In this document: positions 1 to 11,338 of the stretch, in pieces | Position numbering within the stretch: position 1 is the stretch's first letter | Layout of the letters: every line of letters begins with the position of its first letter | NCBI RefSeq assembly: GCF_052425735.1 | Contig: NC_135762.1 | Coordinates: forward strand, 10,726,001 to 10,790,000 | Length of the DNA: 64,000 nucleotides | From: Oculina patagonica | Lineage: Eukaryota | Direction of reading: 5' to 3' | Translations under genes and position numbers: made by a program | Notes under the pieces: model-generated | What the model was told of the DNA's origin: nothing | What the model saw: only the letters and a program-made list of their open reading frames with translations | Databases searched by the model: none

Positions 1-539
1 TAATAACGCTGAGGGGCTAGACTGTTCACAGCCCTTTAAATTCGCGTATTTTCTTCAAACGCGAGAACAGTGTACTGATCGATGGACCAGCTGGCATCTC
101 ATCCAGGAGTATTAGAAATAATCTTAGCCGTAGGAATTACAACGCCGAGGGGTCTGTATTCCACGGTCCTTGTGCGAAGTCAGACATGACTTGCAAACGT
201 GGGTGGGGGGGGGGGTTCAATTATTTGAAGAACTTCACCCGATACCCTTACAAATCTTCTCTTAAAAGTCCTAATTTTTCAGGGCAAATAAAACTGATAC
301 GTTTGTAAGGAAGACTTGCTCTGCTAGTTGCAATATTGGCAAAAAAATTATGCCCTTCTGCCGTAGTAACAGCCCTGCAATCGATTTGGTTTATTTACAT
401 TTAGAGTGACGTCTGGTATGAGCATTTCTTGAGCAAGAGATCCGGCAACAGACAAGCCAAGCAGTTTTATTCTTCGTTGCGTGGTCCTCTGCATTCAACG
501 TTTTTTTTTTACTAATCTTCAAGTAATATTTTTGGTCAG

Positions 540-1200
540 GAGGTCACTTTGACGACAAATGTATGTATTGTGTTTTGCAGCCATCCATTAAGACCCATAA
601 GATTATAATCATCATTTCTGAAAATAGCATTTGTCCTTAGGGTCCTTGCGAAATCCAGAATGAAACACGCCATCAGCAAGTATATGACATTCACTAGATC
701 GTTCTTCAAAGATAATCTGATCAAACAGAGAGTAGAAACCCAAACTGAAGCGATGACAAATCTGGACTGAGTATCATACTCGATAACCAGGCTTGTTGTT
801 AATTAATTCACATGTTAGGATAATAAAATGTACCCGGGTATAAACTGATGTTTAAATGATAAAAGGTAATATCAAATGGAGAGTAGAAACCCAAACTGAA
901 GCGAAGACAAAACAGGACTGAGCATCATACTCGAGAACCTGGCTTATTTTTTATTTATTCGCACGTTATAAAAAAAACATACTGCAAATTCAACTGAGTG
1001 AACTGGTTCAGTGCTCTTTTTCACTGAAGATCAAAACAGGATGCCATGGAATAATTAATTCGAACTGCGCAGACCGATAAACGAGTGTTGGTCAAGTTTA
1101 CAGTCTGGGATAATATCTGGTTAAAATTTCCACAAGGTAAGTGAGGGCGGGTTTAAAATTAGTCTGAACTAAGCATAACGTTTTGTAGACTTTGAAAGTT
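540..1200 (-). pseudogene. Possible highly degraded third methyltransferase paralogue
   Basis: Minus-strand translation across frameshifts gives, in order, LVQTNFKP / LTYLVEI / IEYDTQS / WVSTL / FDQIIFEER / DG / LDFAR. These are colinear with FIQTDVCP / SAYLAEL / KSYDTQS / WLWSTM / FDPKLVTEER / DG / FDFRG of copy A. Aligned by eye only. Confidence 0.35.
720..970. repeat. ~150-bp local tandem duplication
   Basis: GAGAGTAGAAACCCAAACTGAAGCGA...GGACTGAG(T/C)ATCATACTCGA occurs at ~728 and ~879. Confidence 0.85.
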
Positions 1201-2860
1201 GAGTCGATTCATTATCGGAATTTAGTTCACTGAATTCATTTGCTTGATATGTTTCCGGCCTGTCTGTTAGTCGTGAAAGGAAAACAAATCTCTTCAGTAT
1301 GCGTTTGTAGTGAAATAAATGTGACACGCAGCCCGATAACGATAAGAAAGAACAGTCTGGTGAGGCCACTCGTCGTTCGTCTTGCCCAGCTAGTATGTAT
1401 TCAGTTTTGCTCCCAATTTCACATTACCAGCGTGCGTTTAGGTTACAAAAGATACCCTGCATAAGCGATCGACGTGCATCTTTAGCGGAGTTTTATCTTT
1501 AGAAGCGCGTTTATGTTAGCGTACTTGCTTTGTGCCAGCTTCGATACTGAGATCACATTTGACAACACTCAACATTCTTGGTTTAGTTGAAAATAAACCA
1601 GCACAAAACTTCTGATCCCGACATTCTGATCATGATCGAATCATGACATTGTTGTGTCATTGATATGCGTGAAAGCTGCTGGAAACGTTGCAAAACTTCA
1701 AGGCTGCTGACTTTTTTCTGCAGCTTTTTACTTGCATCAACAAGAAGGTCTGCTGCTTGAAAAGTAGTAGCAAATGAGGATGCTGTTAGCAACAGCCTTT
1801 CTTTGAAGCTGGAGTTGACTTTCATTGTCAAAGTTACCCGCCTTTATATTTCCATCGACAATTAGCTGTTCTACTGACATATGATGCTGATTGCATCGTG
1901 GATATCTCTTCTTTAAGAAAAGTACGGCTCTGGCTTGGTTTGTTGCTGACAAAACCACTTCCCATTAAAATCAGCATTGAACGTCCAGCCTCTTATGGCT
2001 ATACATTTAACAACCTTTCCCCAAAGTTTACATGCTTGATTGTATTAAAAATTTATTCCTTCGTTTTCTTAGCGTTGCCTGGATACAGTAACGAACAAAC
2101 TGTTACCTTCTGGTACCAGGAGCGTTGCCAGCTTCCTGGCCAACCACTTTTTGAGGGGTTTTTTTTTGGGGGGGGGGGGGGGAGGTCCACCAGGGAAGGT
2201 TTTGAGATTAAGACCCTAGGAAATATTTTTTTACTTTCGACTTTTTGGTGATTGTGTGTGTGGCTCAACGGCTCCTAAATTCTAACATTTCATTTGAAGG
2301 CATTGCGCCAATTTTTGCTCGTTCGTAAATAAACGCACCTTTCTTCACCGCCGTTGTGCATTTGCCTGTCACCTGGCTAATCCATGCATAGTCAGAAGCT
2401 TAACAGTTTGCACTTGCTATATGAGCCTTGATCTCATCAAAAAAGGGGAGTTGTTAGATTTACAACGCTAAGATGTTTTAAAAATTGCTTTCTATTTCAT
2501 CTTGAAAGTGCATCAGCTTGCATTTTTCGATGGTACATTTTAAAAATACGAGTAGGCTGAAAAACAGTTGTAGGCCCGGGCCTACGGGTCTATAGGCTAC
2601 ATAGCTACTCCCCTGGGTTCGTATCCACCATTCGTTTTAATTCAGCATTTACTATATTGTTTCCCTTCTAATTTAGTTATACAAAACAATATATGATATA
2701 ATTTTTGGTGTGAAAGAATAAAGTTGCTACTATCATTATTAGAGTACTCGCTCACGTTTTTGATTGAGAGAGAGAGAGAGACTGATCAAGTAAAAGGAAT
2801 TCTAACGATGAAACCTCTTCGTTGTTTGTAGATATTTGCTTTGGTTTGGAGCAAGAAAAG

Positions 2861-3662
2861 ATGACAAATTCGCCCAGCAATAGCCCAGCAGAGGGATACA
2901 AACAAACTTCGCTCTCCGTGCAAAAAATGGAAGGCATAATATTCATTCAAACGGATGTTTGTCCTCAACCCGGAGCCACCATCTTGGATTTAGGCTGTGG
3001 TACAGGAGAGCTGTCTGCATATCTCGCTGAGCTTGTAGGACCCGAGGGAAAGGTTGTGGGGGTTGATCCTGACAGGGAACGAATTCTACTGGCTCAGCAG
3101 TCTCACCTTGAAATCAAGAATCTCTCATTTTTGGAAGGAAGCGCTTCAAACTTTCCAGAGATTGGCTTGGAGTCGTACGACATTATTTTCAGCAATCATG
3201 TCATGCACTGGATCCCTGACAAAGAAGACGTCTTTAAGAATATGTTTGAAAGTCTCAAAAGTGGAGGAAAAATAGCCGCGCAGTACGGAGATCATCCTCA
3301 TCCTTTTGCATTAAAACGCTTTCAAAGAGCTAAATCCAGAGACTGCAGAGCTTCTTTGTGAGTTGGTTCAATGGGAAGAGAGGGCCAAGGTAGAGCAATA
3401 CTGTTCCTCGGCGGGATTTCAGATCATTAAGAGTTACGACACTCAAAGCACACAACTGGTTTTCGAAAGCATCGAGATTCTTCTGACGTGGCTTTGGTCG
3501 ACAATGCATGGTGCGTTTGATCCTAAGCTTGTAACCGAGGAGCGTTTGCAGAGATATTATCCTTACACAAGTCGAGATGGCCAGCCTCCTTTCGACTTCA
3601 GAGGAAACAAAGAGGAATCGAGCATGTGTCGACTGATAGCTATAAAACCTTTTTGTATGTAG
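2861..3662 (+). CDS. Class I SAM-dependent methyltransferase (Methyltransf_31/UbiE/JHAMT-like), copy A; intronless, one +1 frameshift
   Basis: ATG 2861; motif I ILDLGCGTG, VVGVDPD, YDIIFSNHVMHW. Removing one A from AAAA at 3313-3316 joins ORF 2822-3361 to ORF 3363-3662 and restores NAFKELNPE, matching SAAKELNPE in copy B. Confidence 0.85.
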
Positions 3663-3859
3663 CTCTGTGAACCGTGTGGAAATGTTCACTTGTTTATTTC
3701 ATTTTAATGTTTAATCGACTCGTTAACTCTTTAACACAGAGATACACAATACTCGTAAATTTTTGCTATGACAGCTACCTCAACCTTCCGCGGAGAACTT
3801 CTTTAAACAGTGTTAAACTCTGCAAAAAGTTGTATAATAACTTGTTGGGAGTTGCTCAA

Positions 3860-3880
3860 TAGACCATATTCGTATTCTCG

Positions 3881-3913
<33 letters not shown>

Positions 3914-3977
3914 AATGCGGGTAATCTTTTCAAATGCAAATGACATGAAGCTGTTTTTAATGATATTCCCCCGCATG

Positions 3978-4010
<33 letters not shown>

Positions 4011-4031
4011 CGAGAATACGAATATGGTCAA
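3860..4031. mobile_element. Short palindromic MITE
   Basis: ~60-bp near-perfect inverted arms TAGACCATATTCGTATTCTCGGTATTGGACTGGAACTAGCTTGCAATGGAGGCT. Confidence 0.85.
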
Positions 4032-4379
4032 TTGGCAAACACTAACCAGACTAACCTCCAAAATAAAAGTTTAAATGAAAACCACAGAGGTGACCAGTGG
4101 TTGAGAAAAATTAAGTGGCATTTTAGGTCCCACCTATCCAAAAATAAAGGTGGGGTGGTCTATCTCACTAAGTATACAACTTTTTGAGATGACATTTTGC
4201 CGAGGGCCTAAACAGCCTAAACTTCTATCGACAGTCTAGTTTGATCAGGGTTGTTGTCACAATAGTGATCACGTGACAGATTAAGGTATCCAATGACGAT
4301 ATTATTCTTTAGGCAAGATGCAGGACAACTTACATCAAACCAACTTCACAAATAACATTTGAATAGTCTTATATGCTAT

Positions 4380-4997
4380 AAGTTCTACACGAAACTAAGG
4401 GCTTGATTACATGAGCCTGGCTGGCTCGGTTTGCCAATATGACTTTCTGCCGGGTATAACATCGTATTACAATGAGCCTAGCCAACCCAGCATGGCTAGA
4501 TTTGGCACGAACGACGGGTTTAATTTTTGGCACGCATAATTTAGGTGCGAAGACTGAGTCGAATGATGTTTTTCCAGCAATTTGGTGTTTTATTTTCTAT
4601 ACTTATGTAGACATATGAGCTGCTTTGACTCTACATCATATTTATAAAGAAGAATATTGATTTTGTGGTAGGCAGTGTGCTCAGAAGAGAAATTTAATGG
4701 TGGCCCTGTAAACGTGATTATCAAAAAAAATTCAGCCCGGCTAGTCGGGATCCCGGCATCGCGATCCCGGGATTTCGGCTAACCGGGCTGGCCCGGTTGT
4801 CATGTAATCGCAAAATTAATTTCTTTTGTGATTAATACACGTGCCAAGATCTCGGCAAAACCGAGCCAGCCTGGCTCATGTAATCAGGCTAGGTTACGTG
4901 CGTGTGTTTTCGGGCTTTTGGGTGATGACAAAATCGTGACATTTCACTAATCACGTGACCTGGAAACGCCTTCCGGTTAGTTTCGTGTAGAACCTTA
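4380..4997. mobile_element. Harbinger-like MITE with a second Harbinger-like MITE (~4399-4890) nested at TAA in its left terminus
   Basis: Outer TIR A(A/G)GTTCTACACGAAACTAA / TTAGTTTCGTGTAGAACCT; inner TIR GGGCTTGATTACATGAGCC..GCTGGCTCGGTTT / AAACCGAGCCAGCCTGGCTCATGTAATCAGGC. Confidence 0.7.
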
Positions 4998-5053
4998 CGG
5001 AAACCAGATAAGACTTCAAAGATTAAAACATATACAGCTTTTAAGAACAATTT

Positions 5054-6764
5054 AAATTACAGCTCACGGGACTGTGAGCGTGAAGGGTGAAGACAATTTT
5101 TGCTGTTTTTTACTATTTTTACAATTTTTACAAATTATAACCTTATGTAACCATGACAGTTATAGTATGTATTCATTTTCAACTATAGCTTACTTTAATT
5201 TAAAAACTTCTATTAAAGTTTTCATTTCGTGGCGTACCTTTAGGTAAGCGTACTGACCACGCAAAATAAAGATTGTTTTTTACATATATAAACTAGTAGT
5301 AATCAGCGATTAGGAGAATGCGTTCGAGTAAGGCTTGAAAGGAGGGGTAGTTTTTGGTGTTGACTGAGATTTCCCCTTTTTCTTGTACAATTTGTTGGTG
5401 ATGGGACAAAAGAGGAAGGTGAAATGTTTGTAAGAATAATTAAACAACATTGATGGCGAATAAACTGTGAACAATAACTTTATTAATTCCAAGAATGAAT
5501 GACAATTGCTTGTATTTGAATGTGTGTTATGTGTAACATACAAGTATGAAAGTAACGACACAGTTCAAAGTTCAAACTTAAACCCAGCTGTGGCACTGTT
5601 CCTTTAAGGTTACAGACAACATTATTTTATATTTGAAACAGCAACATGTGAATTCCATAGAAAGCACTTTTTACTTAAAACAGCAATCTATTGAAGTATG
5701 AATTAATATTGCAGAATTTGCTTTCAACTAAAAATACTTACTGCCTGGATAATTACATTGTCACACCAAGTTCCCGGTGTTGACATTTGCTGAATGAAGT
5801 CTTGCCAACTATTGTCAGAAACGCTCTCAACATAAAATTCTGGATGATTATTCAAGTGCCTAATACCAGCAGCACGAATTTGAAAATGCAGCTCTGCAGT
5901 TCCATACAGTTGGTATGAAGCTGACCTAAAATAACAGTCTCCACTCCCACCAACATCATATCTCTTTATAAGCTTACTATCATAATTATTGTGGGTATCA
6001 TTTATCGAAGTCTGGACAGAACTCTGTGCACGACGTGATTTGGTCATGTTATACAAAAGAATGCTTCCGGTGCCGCATTTACTCGACTGAACAATGGTTC
6101 GGTTGTATTCGATCACTTCATCTGCTCTGATGTCGTCTACACCGTGCAAATGTTTAACGCAAATGCGAGCCTCATCACTCGATAACGCCGTGTTCTGATC
6201 ACAAGTAATGATCAAGTGGCTCAACAGCCGCCGCCGAGCTACATAACTCGGAAAGTTTGTTATTTGATCACAAGCCATGATCAAGTGGCACAATGGCCGC
6301 TGAACTATACAACTCAGAGCATTTGCTATTTGACCACAAGCAACGGTCAGTTTTGGCCGCAGTTCAGCGACCAAAGACGACAGAAGAGGCAATTCTTGTA
6401 CGAGAACGAAAGTAAACAGTTTTACTAAGTACACAATCTAGCGACCAAACGAAATGTTCTAGCGAATTCGTGAAGCACGCGTGCAGAACAGCGACCAAAG
6501 ACGACAAAAGGGACGATTCAATGCAAAAACGAGACTAAAATATCGTCGCACCAGTTTCCCGGCCGAGACTTGCCCCTGCAAAAATCAATCGGGGTGGCCA
6601 ATTTGGAGTCCATACACCTGCGCGCGCATTACGGCTCGATTCATTCCGCATAACAGTGCACAGGCCTACCAACTCAAAAGACACAGGACGCAAAACAGAA
6701 TTAGGCTTGCGCTCTCCTTCGTCGAACGCAATAAACTCTTTACGCTCACTTGAGGTGTCTTTTG
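5054..6764 (-). mobile_element. Non-autonomous Helentron/Helitron2-like element carrying an OTU protease fragment
   Basis: Subterminal inverted repeats GTGAGCGTGAAGGG (5074-5087) / CTCTTTACGCTCAC (6736-6749), 12/14 match; terminal hairpin GCTCAC-GGGACT-GTGAGC (5062-5079); internal OTU ORF; no Rep/helicase seen. Confidence 0.7.
5724..6434 (-). CDS. OTU-like cysteine protease domain (transposon-borne, partial)
   Basis: DVGGSGDCYFRSASYQLYG...HFQIRAAGIRHL...WQDFIQQMSTPGTWCDNVIIQAV is an OTU Cys-box pattern. A GTAAGT donor follows QA at ~5741; no His-box seen. The N-terminal part is built from ~65-bp tandem repeats (6195-6360). Confidence 0.7.
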   Translation of the reverse strand: MYLVKLFTFVLVQELPLLSSLVAELRPKLTVACGQIANALSCIVQRPLCHLIMACDQITNFPSYVARRRLLSHLIITCDQNTALSSDEARICVKHLHGVDDIRADEVIEYNRTIVQSSKCGTGSILLYNMTKSRRAQSSVQTSINDTHNNYDSKLIKRYDVGGSGDCYFRSASYQLYGTAELHFQIRAAGIRHLNNHPEFYVESVSDNSWQDFIQQMSTPGTWCDNVIIQAVSIFS

Positions 6765-6874
6765 GTTGTTTCTCGTGTGTTGACTGAATATTTATAGGCT
6801 TCGTCGCGACGTTTTAATGCCTTTTACAGTGAGACCGTTGGTCTGTTTAAAGATTAGACTCGGCCTCAAACCCA

Positions 6875-7089
6875 GGGCCCATTTCTCGAAAGTCCCGAGA
6901 AACTTTTCGGGCCTGCAAAGCCATTTTAAGTTAAAAACAGAATAGCGCATAATCCTGTTACTTCGAATGAAGGGAACCTCTATTTATATTAAAAATATGT
7001 GAATAACAGCTCTGTAATCATAAGGTTTGGGATTTTGCTATGGCTTCCCGGGTGGGAAAACTTTTCGGGACCTTCGAGAAATGGCCCCC
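6875..7089. mobile_element. Harbinger-like MITE
   Basis: TIR GGGCCCATTTCTCGAAAGTCCCG / CGGGACCTTCGAGAAATGGCCCC with CAG/CTG flanks. Confidence 0.7.
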
Positions 7090-7269
7090 CTGGATCGCTT
7101 TCGGCGGAGATAACTCTCCTAAAATTTGTGTCCAGCTACTGGAGGCTGTTGCGTGTCTTTGTTTTGTTTTGTTTTTGTGACCATGAACTTCCTGGTGAAG
7201 AATATACGGTTACTTTTTAGGTCATTATGAACACTTCATGGAGACTTAAGGAACACTTCATGGAGACTT

Positions 7270-7890
7270 ACGTCAAAGTGTGTCGGACAATGTTAAAAAC
7301 TCGAAGCTAAGGAGTTCTGTCACAAGGCCATCGTTTCTTAGACTTGAACAGGTTATTTTCCATTCATGTATACTTTTTTTTGTTTATAGCCTCGTTTATA
7401 GAAATTTCAGTCAGCGCATTAAACGCATCATGGTACGTCAAAGAGTGCCATTGACTGTAAAGTCGGGCTCATCTTCAAATTGACGAACAGTTACAAATAA
7501 CTCCGTGACGTGATTTGATTTTACACGGTAAAGGAAATTCCTCTCACATGCAGTGCTTCTATCCACCCCAGAGTAGAAAACGACTTGGGTACCGACGATA
7601 AGTTGAGCAACCAGTGCTACTGCTGAGGGGTTTGACTATTCACAGTCCTCTATGATTTTATTTTCTTGTACACTGTATTTTCCTTTGATTGTTGAACGCG
7701 AGATTAAGCGCGCGAGAGAACTGGACGCCAGCACAAACCGGAAGGCGCAAGGGGGTGGGGGTTGGGAGTGATTCCAGTGTATTAAACGGGAGTAACCTGC
7801 AATGGACTGGTATATCATCCAGGAGTAGTTGCAATAACCCTAGGCGCTTCATCAGCACTACAAAGTGGAAGTCAACTGCCGGTCTGTTTA
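7270..7890 (+). repeat. Duplicated block (old SINE remnant with an Academ-like MITE inserted); paralogous to 9490-10838 and partly to 1-135
   Basis: Shared strings AACTCGAAGCTAAG.AGTTCTG.CACAAGGCCA, CCACCCCAGAGTAGAAAACGACTTGGGTACCGACGATAAGTTG and CTGCTGAGGGGTTTGACT.TTCACAGTCC. Confidence 0.85.
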
Positions 7891-8424
7891 GCCTTAGCCT
7901 TTCCCGATTATGCTTGTAAAACTGGCATTAATTTTATGCTCCTGTTTCTTTTTACACCTATGTAACACTTGTTTTCGTTTCTCGAATTTGTCCGGTATTA
8001 TATAACACAATGTTAGCTCTTTTCCGTTAAAAATACTCTATATACACTTCATTGGGTTCAAAACGTTCATCTTTTATGACGTGGCTAACGCCATCTTGTT
8101 TTGATTTTTGGCCGTTGTCCGGCTAGGCCTTCGTCTAAGTCAAAAAATATAATGGAGAGACAGCATTTATGTGGAGTGCTGTATGGCCTTCAAACAACGA
8201 TCGGAGTATCTTCGAAAATCTTTGGTTTAAAAACTGCTCAGAATACAAAACGTTTCAAAAACGTTGCTCCAAATATGAAAGCATGCCGAGTATTTTTGGG
8301 ACAGTCTTAGCCCCCCACGTTCCAAAACGCTCCGCCGCCGCCTCTGCTTAAAATGGCTTGAAGTTTTAGCACTTGATTTTGTTTGCCTCGCTTTTGCATC
8401 AGTTGTTGTAGCTCTACCTAAAAA

Positions 8425-8822
8425 CCCACCAGTAAGAACCTAATTTTTTCCAGGTTAGCCTAAACAGGTTCTTATATAAATGATAGTTAACACAAATTTA
8501 GGCTATTCAGGTTCATAATAGGTTCTTATTTTCTGAAGAAAAATTTACATTGATGCTAATAGAGCTTTTAGTGGTATACGGCCTATTCCTTGTATAAAAT
8601 TTGCTTACCACATAAGTGCTTATGTAAAAATAAAGCTCTAATCATTTAGAATATGACATTATATACATGCACAGTAACGCTTTGTCCAAACGTAATTCCC
8701 AAAAGTAAATATTTTTAATCAATTTTAGAAAATTTGAGGCTAAAAAGGTTCTTATAAAAATGGGGTCTTATTTGCAAATTTTAGCCTAACAGGCTCTTAA
8801 ATCTTAGGTTCTTACCCGCGGG
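8425..8822. mobile_element. TIR element with CCC termini (EnSpm/CMC-like)
   Basis: CCCACCAGTAAGAACCTAA / TTAGGTTCTTACCCGCGGG, with internal repeats of AGGTTCTTA. Confidence 0.6.
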
Positions 8823-9582
8823 TTATTACTGTATCCGGAAGCAAGACACGATTGAACGTGTTCTTGCAGTGTACAGGTGGTTGTTACGGGTGGTTGGTGG
8901 CTGATGAGCATAACGAAACTTTGGAGGAAGAGGATAAAATATCTTCAAATAGTGAACTAAGTTCAGAACGTCAAGACAAATTGGTTGAAAGCAATTCAGA
9001 ACTGGATGAGGAAGAGGAGGGTTTCCTGATATTATCAAGTAAATATTTGTTGTGGTTTTATTTGTTGTAGTTTCATTTGGTTTAAGATTTTTCACACCAG
9101 GTTGATTTTATTTTTCATTTTCTCATTTTCATTATCATTATCTAAAACAAAGAGAAATAAAAATCAAACCAGTTTGAGACATTTTAAACCAAAGATAAAA
9201 TTAAACTACAACATATTTAAAGGAAAACTAAAGCGTGAAGCATCTCATTTATTGTAGGGGGGAGGGGAGGGGGGGGGGGGCTGCATACTATTTTTCAGTT
9301 TCGTCAAGAGGGTGTTTGGTTTATTGCACAGTCCCTAATATCCATACCACAGTCATGAAGGAAAGGTCATAACAGCTGAGGAACAGATCGCAAAAAATAA
9401 ATCGTCTTGAATTTAGAAGAAATGTTGTAACACACTCACTGTAAAGCTTGTTTTAACTGTTTTGGTCGCTTCTTTATGATGAAGATTTTAGTGTGTCGAC
9501 AATATTAACAACTCGAAGCTAAGCAGTTCTGCCACAAGGCCACCGTTACTCCCACTTGGACACGTTAATGTCCATACATGTC

Positions 9583-9687
9583 CACGAGTCTCTCGTAGCT
9601 CAGTTGGTTAGAGCGCCCAACCGGCCGGTATCTGGGAGGCCATGGGTTCGATTCCCTCGTGTCATTGTTGAACAATTCATCTTCATC
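9583..9687 (+). mobile_element. Short tRNA-derived SINE
   Basis: A box GTAGCTCAGTTGGTTAGAGC and B box GGGTTCGATTCCC; flanked by CATGTC; absent from the paralogous block at ~7365. Confidence 0.7.
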
Positions 9688-10018
9688 ATGTCTACGTTTT
9701 TTTGTTTATAGCCTTGAATAGAAATTTCTGTTCGTGCATTAAACGCATCATGGTGCGTCAAACAAAGAGTGTGATTGACTGTGGGAATTCCTACTACAGT
9801 ACTTCTCTCCACCCCAGAGTAGAAAACGACTTGGGTACCGACGATAAGTTGGGCAACCAATGTTACTGCTGAGGGGTTTGACTCTTCACAGTCCTCTATG
9901 ATTTTATTTCCTTGTATTTTTCTTCGATCTTTGAACGCGAGATTCAAGCGCACGAGAACTGGACGCCAGCGCAAAATGGTCGGCGCAAGGGGATGGGGGG
10001 GGGGGGGGGGGCGTTTAG

Positions 10019-10720
10019 ACCGCGGTCAAACGATAGAAATATGTAAAAAAAAACGAGAAAAATACTTCAAAGATAAGATTCTAATTTTCCCTGTTCAAAG
10101 ATCGTTACTTTACCGGTATTCTGAAGGTTTACTCAATTGTTAGGAGCTTTGCTGAAAAAGTTTAACATGTTTAAAAACAGCGGGTAAATACGGACTTGTC
10201 GGCGCCATTTGTCAAAGCATTCGGTTCGGTTGCGGAGCGTTTTAAAAAACTACACGTTTATTTGAGGGAATGGAAATATATTTTACACGCGGCAACTATT
10301 TTATCTTTCCTTCCTCATACCGTAGAATTCCGGTTATAAGCCCTGGGCTTATACAACTTCGTAAGGTGTTTTGGGTGGGCTTATAAGCGGAGGGGCTTAT
10401 ATCCGGGAGGGCTTATAAGCGGAATAAAAAAACGTCTCGAAAAGATCTACAGGAGTGTTGATCAAAAACGTTTTTAAGTTAAAAACGCATAATAACGCAA
10501 CATTTAGCCCTGTTCAGAACTGTCATCCAGCAGAGGGGGGCTTATATTCGGAGGGGCTTATAATCGGATGTATTTTTTTGTTTCCAGGTTGATGGGCCTA
10601 TAACCGGGGGGCTTATAAGCGGGGGGGGCTTATAACCGGAATTTTACGGTACTTGCCCTCTAATTTAAACGAAATTCCCCGAAATAGAAAGAAAAACTGC
10701 CTGATACGTTTGACCGCGGT
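10019..10720. mobile_element. TIR element containing a Tc1/mariner-type MITE (10320-10649)
   Basis: Outer TIR ACCGCGGTCAAACG / CGTTTGACCGCGGT; inner TA-flanked CCGTAGAATTCCGGTTATAAGCCC / GGGCTTATAACCGGAATTTTACGG with repeated GGGGCTTATA. Confidence 0.8.
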
Positions 10721-10838
10721 GAAGGGGGCGGGAAGCGAGAACAGTCTATTGTTAGACTAGAATCTCATCCAGGGGTAGTTGTAACAACCCTAGCCGGTTC
10801 ATCAACACAAGAAAATCAGAGTTAACTGAAAGTCTGTT

Positions 10839-11338
10839 NNNNNNNNNNNNNNNNNNNNNNNNNNNNNNNNNNNNNNNNNNNNNNNNNNNNNNNNNNNNNN
10901 NNNNNNNNNNNNNNNNNNNNNNNNNNNNNNNNNNNNNNNNNNNNNNNNNNNNNNNNNNNNNNNNNNNNNNNNNNNNNNNNNNNNNNNNNNNNNNNNNNNN
11001 NNNNNNNNNNNNNNNNNNNNNNNNNNNNNNNNNNNNNNNNNNNNNNNNNNNNNNNNNNNNNNNNNNNNNNNNNNNNNNNNNNNNNNNNNNNNNNNNNNNN
11101 NNNNNNNNNNNNNNNNNNNNNNNNNNNNNNNNNNNNNNNNNNNNNNNNNNNNNNNNNNNNNNNNNNNNNNNNNNNNNNNNNNNNNNNNNNNNNNNNNNNN
11201 NNNNNNNNNNNNNNNNNNNNNNNNNNNNNNNNNNNNNNNNNNNNNNNNNNNNNNNNNNNNNNNNNNNNNNNNNNNNNNNNNNNNNNNNNNNNNNNNNNNN
11301 NNNNNNNNNNNNNNNNNNNNNNNNNNNNNNNNNNNNNN
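10839..11338. other. Assembly gap (500 N)
   Basis: Run of N. Confidence 1.

Noticed and set aside
1583-2268. Cluster of short ORFs
   Set aside because: No recognisable motifs or splice-consistent model; partly overlaps a G-run repeat.
8901-8925. CTGATGA..GAAA hammerhead-like cores at ~8901 and ~42934
   Set aside because: Stems I, II and III do not form.
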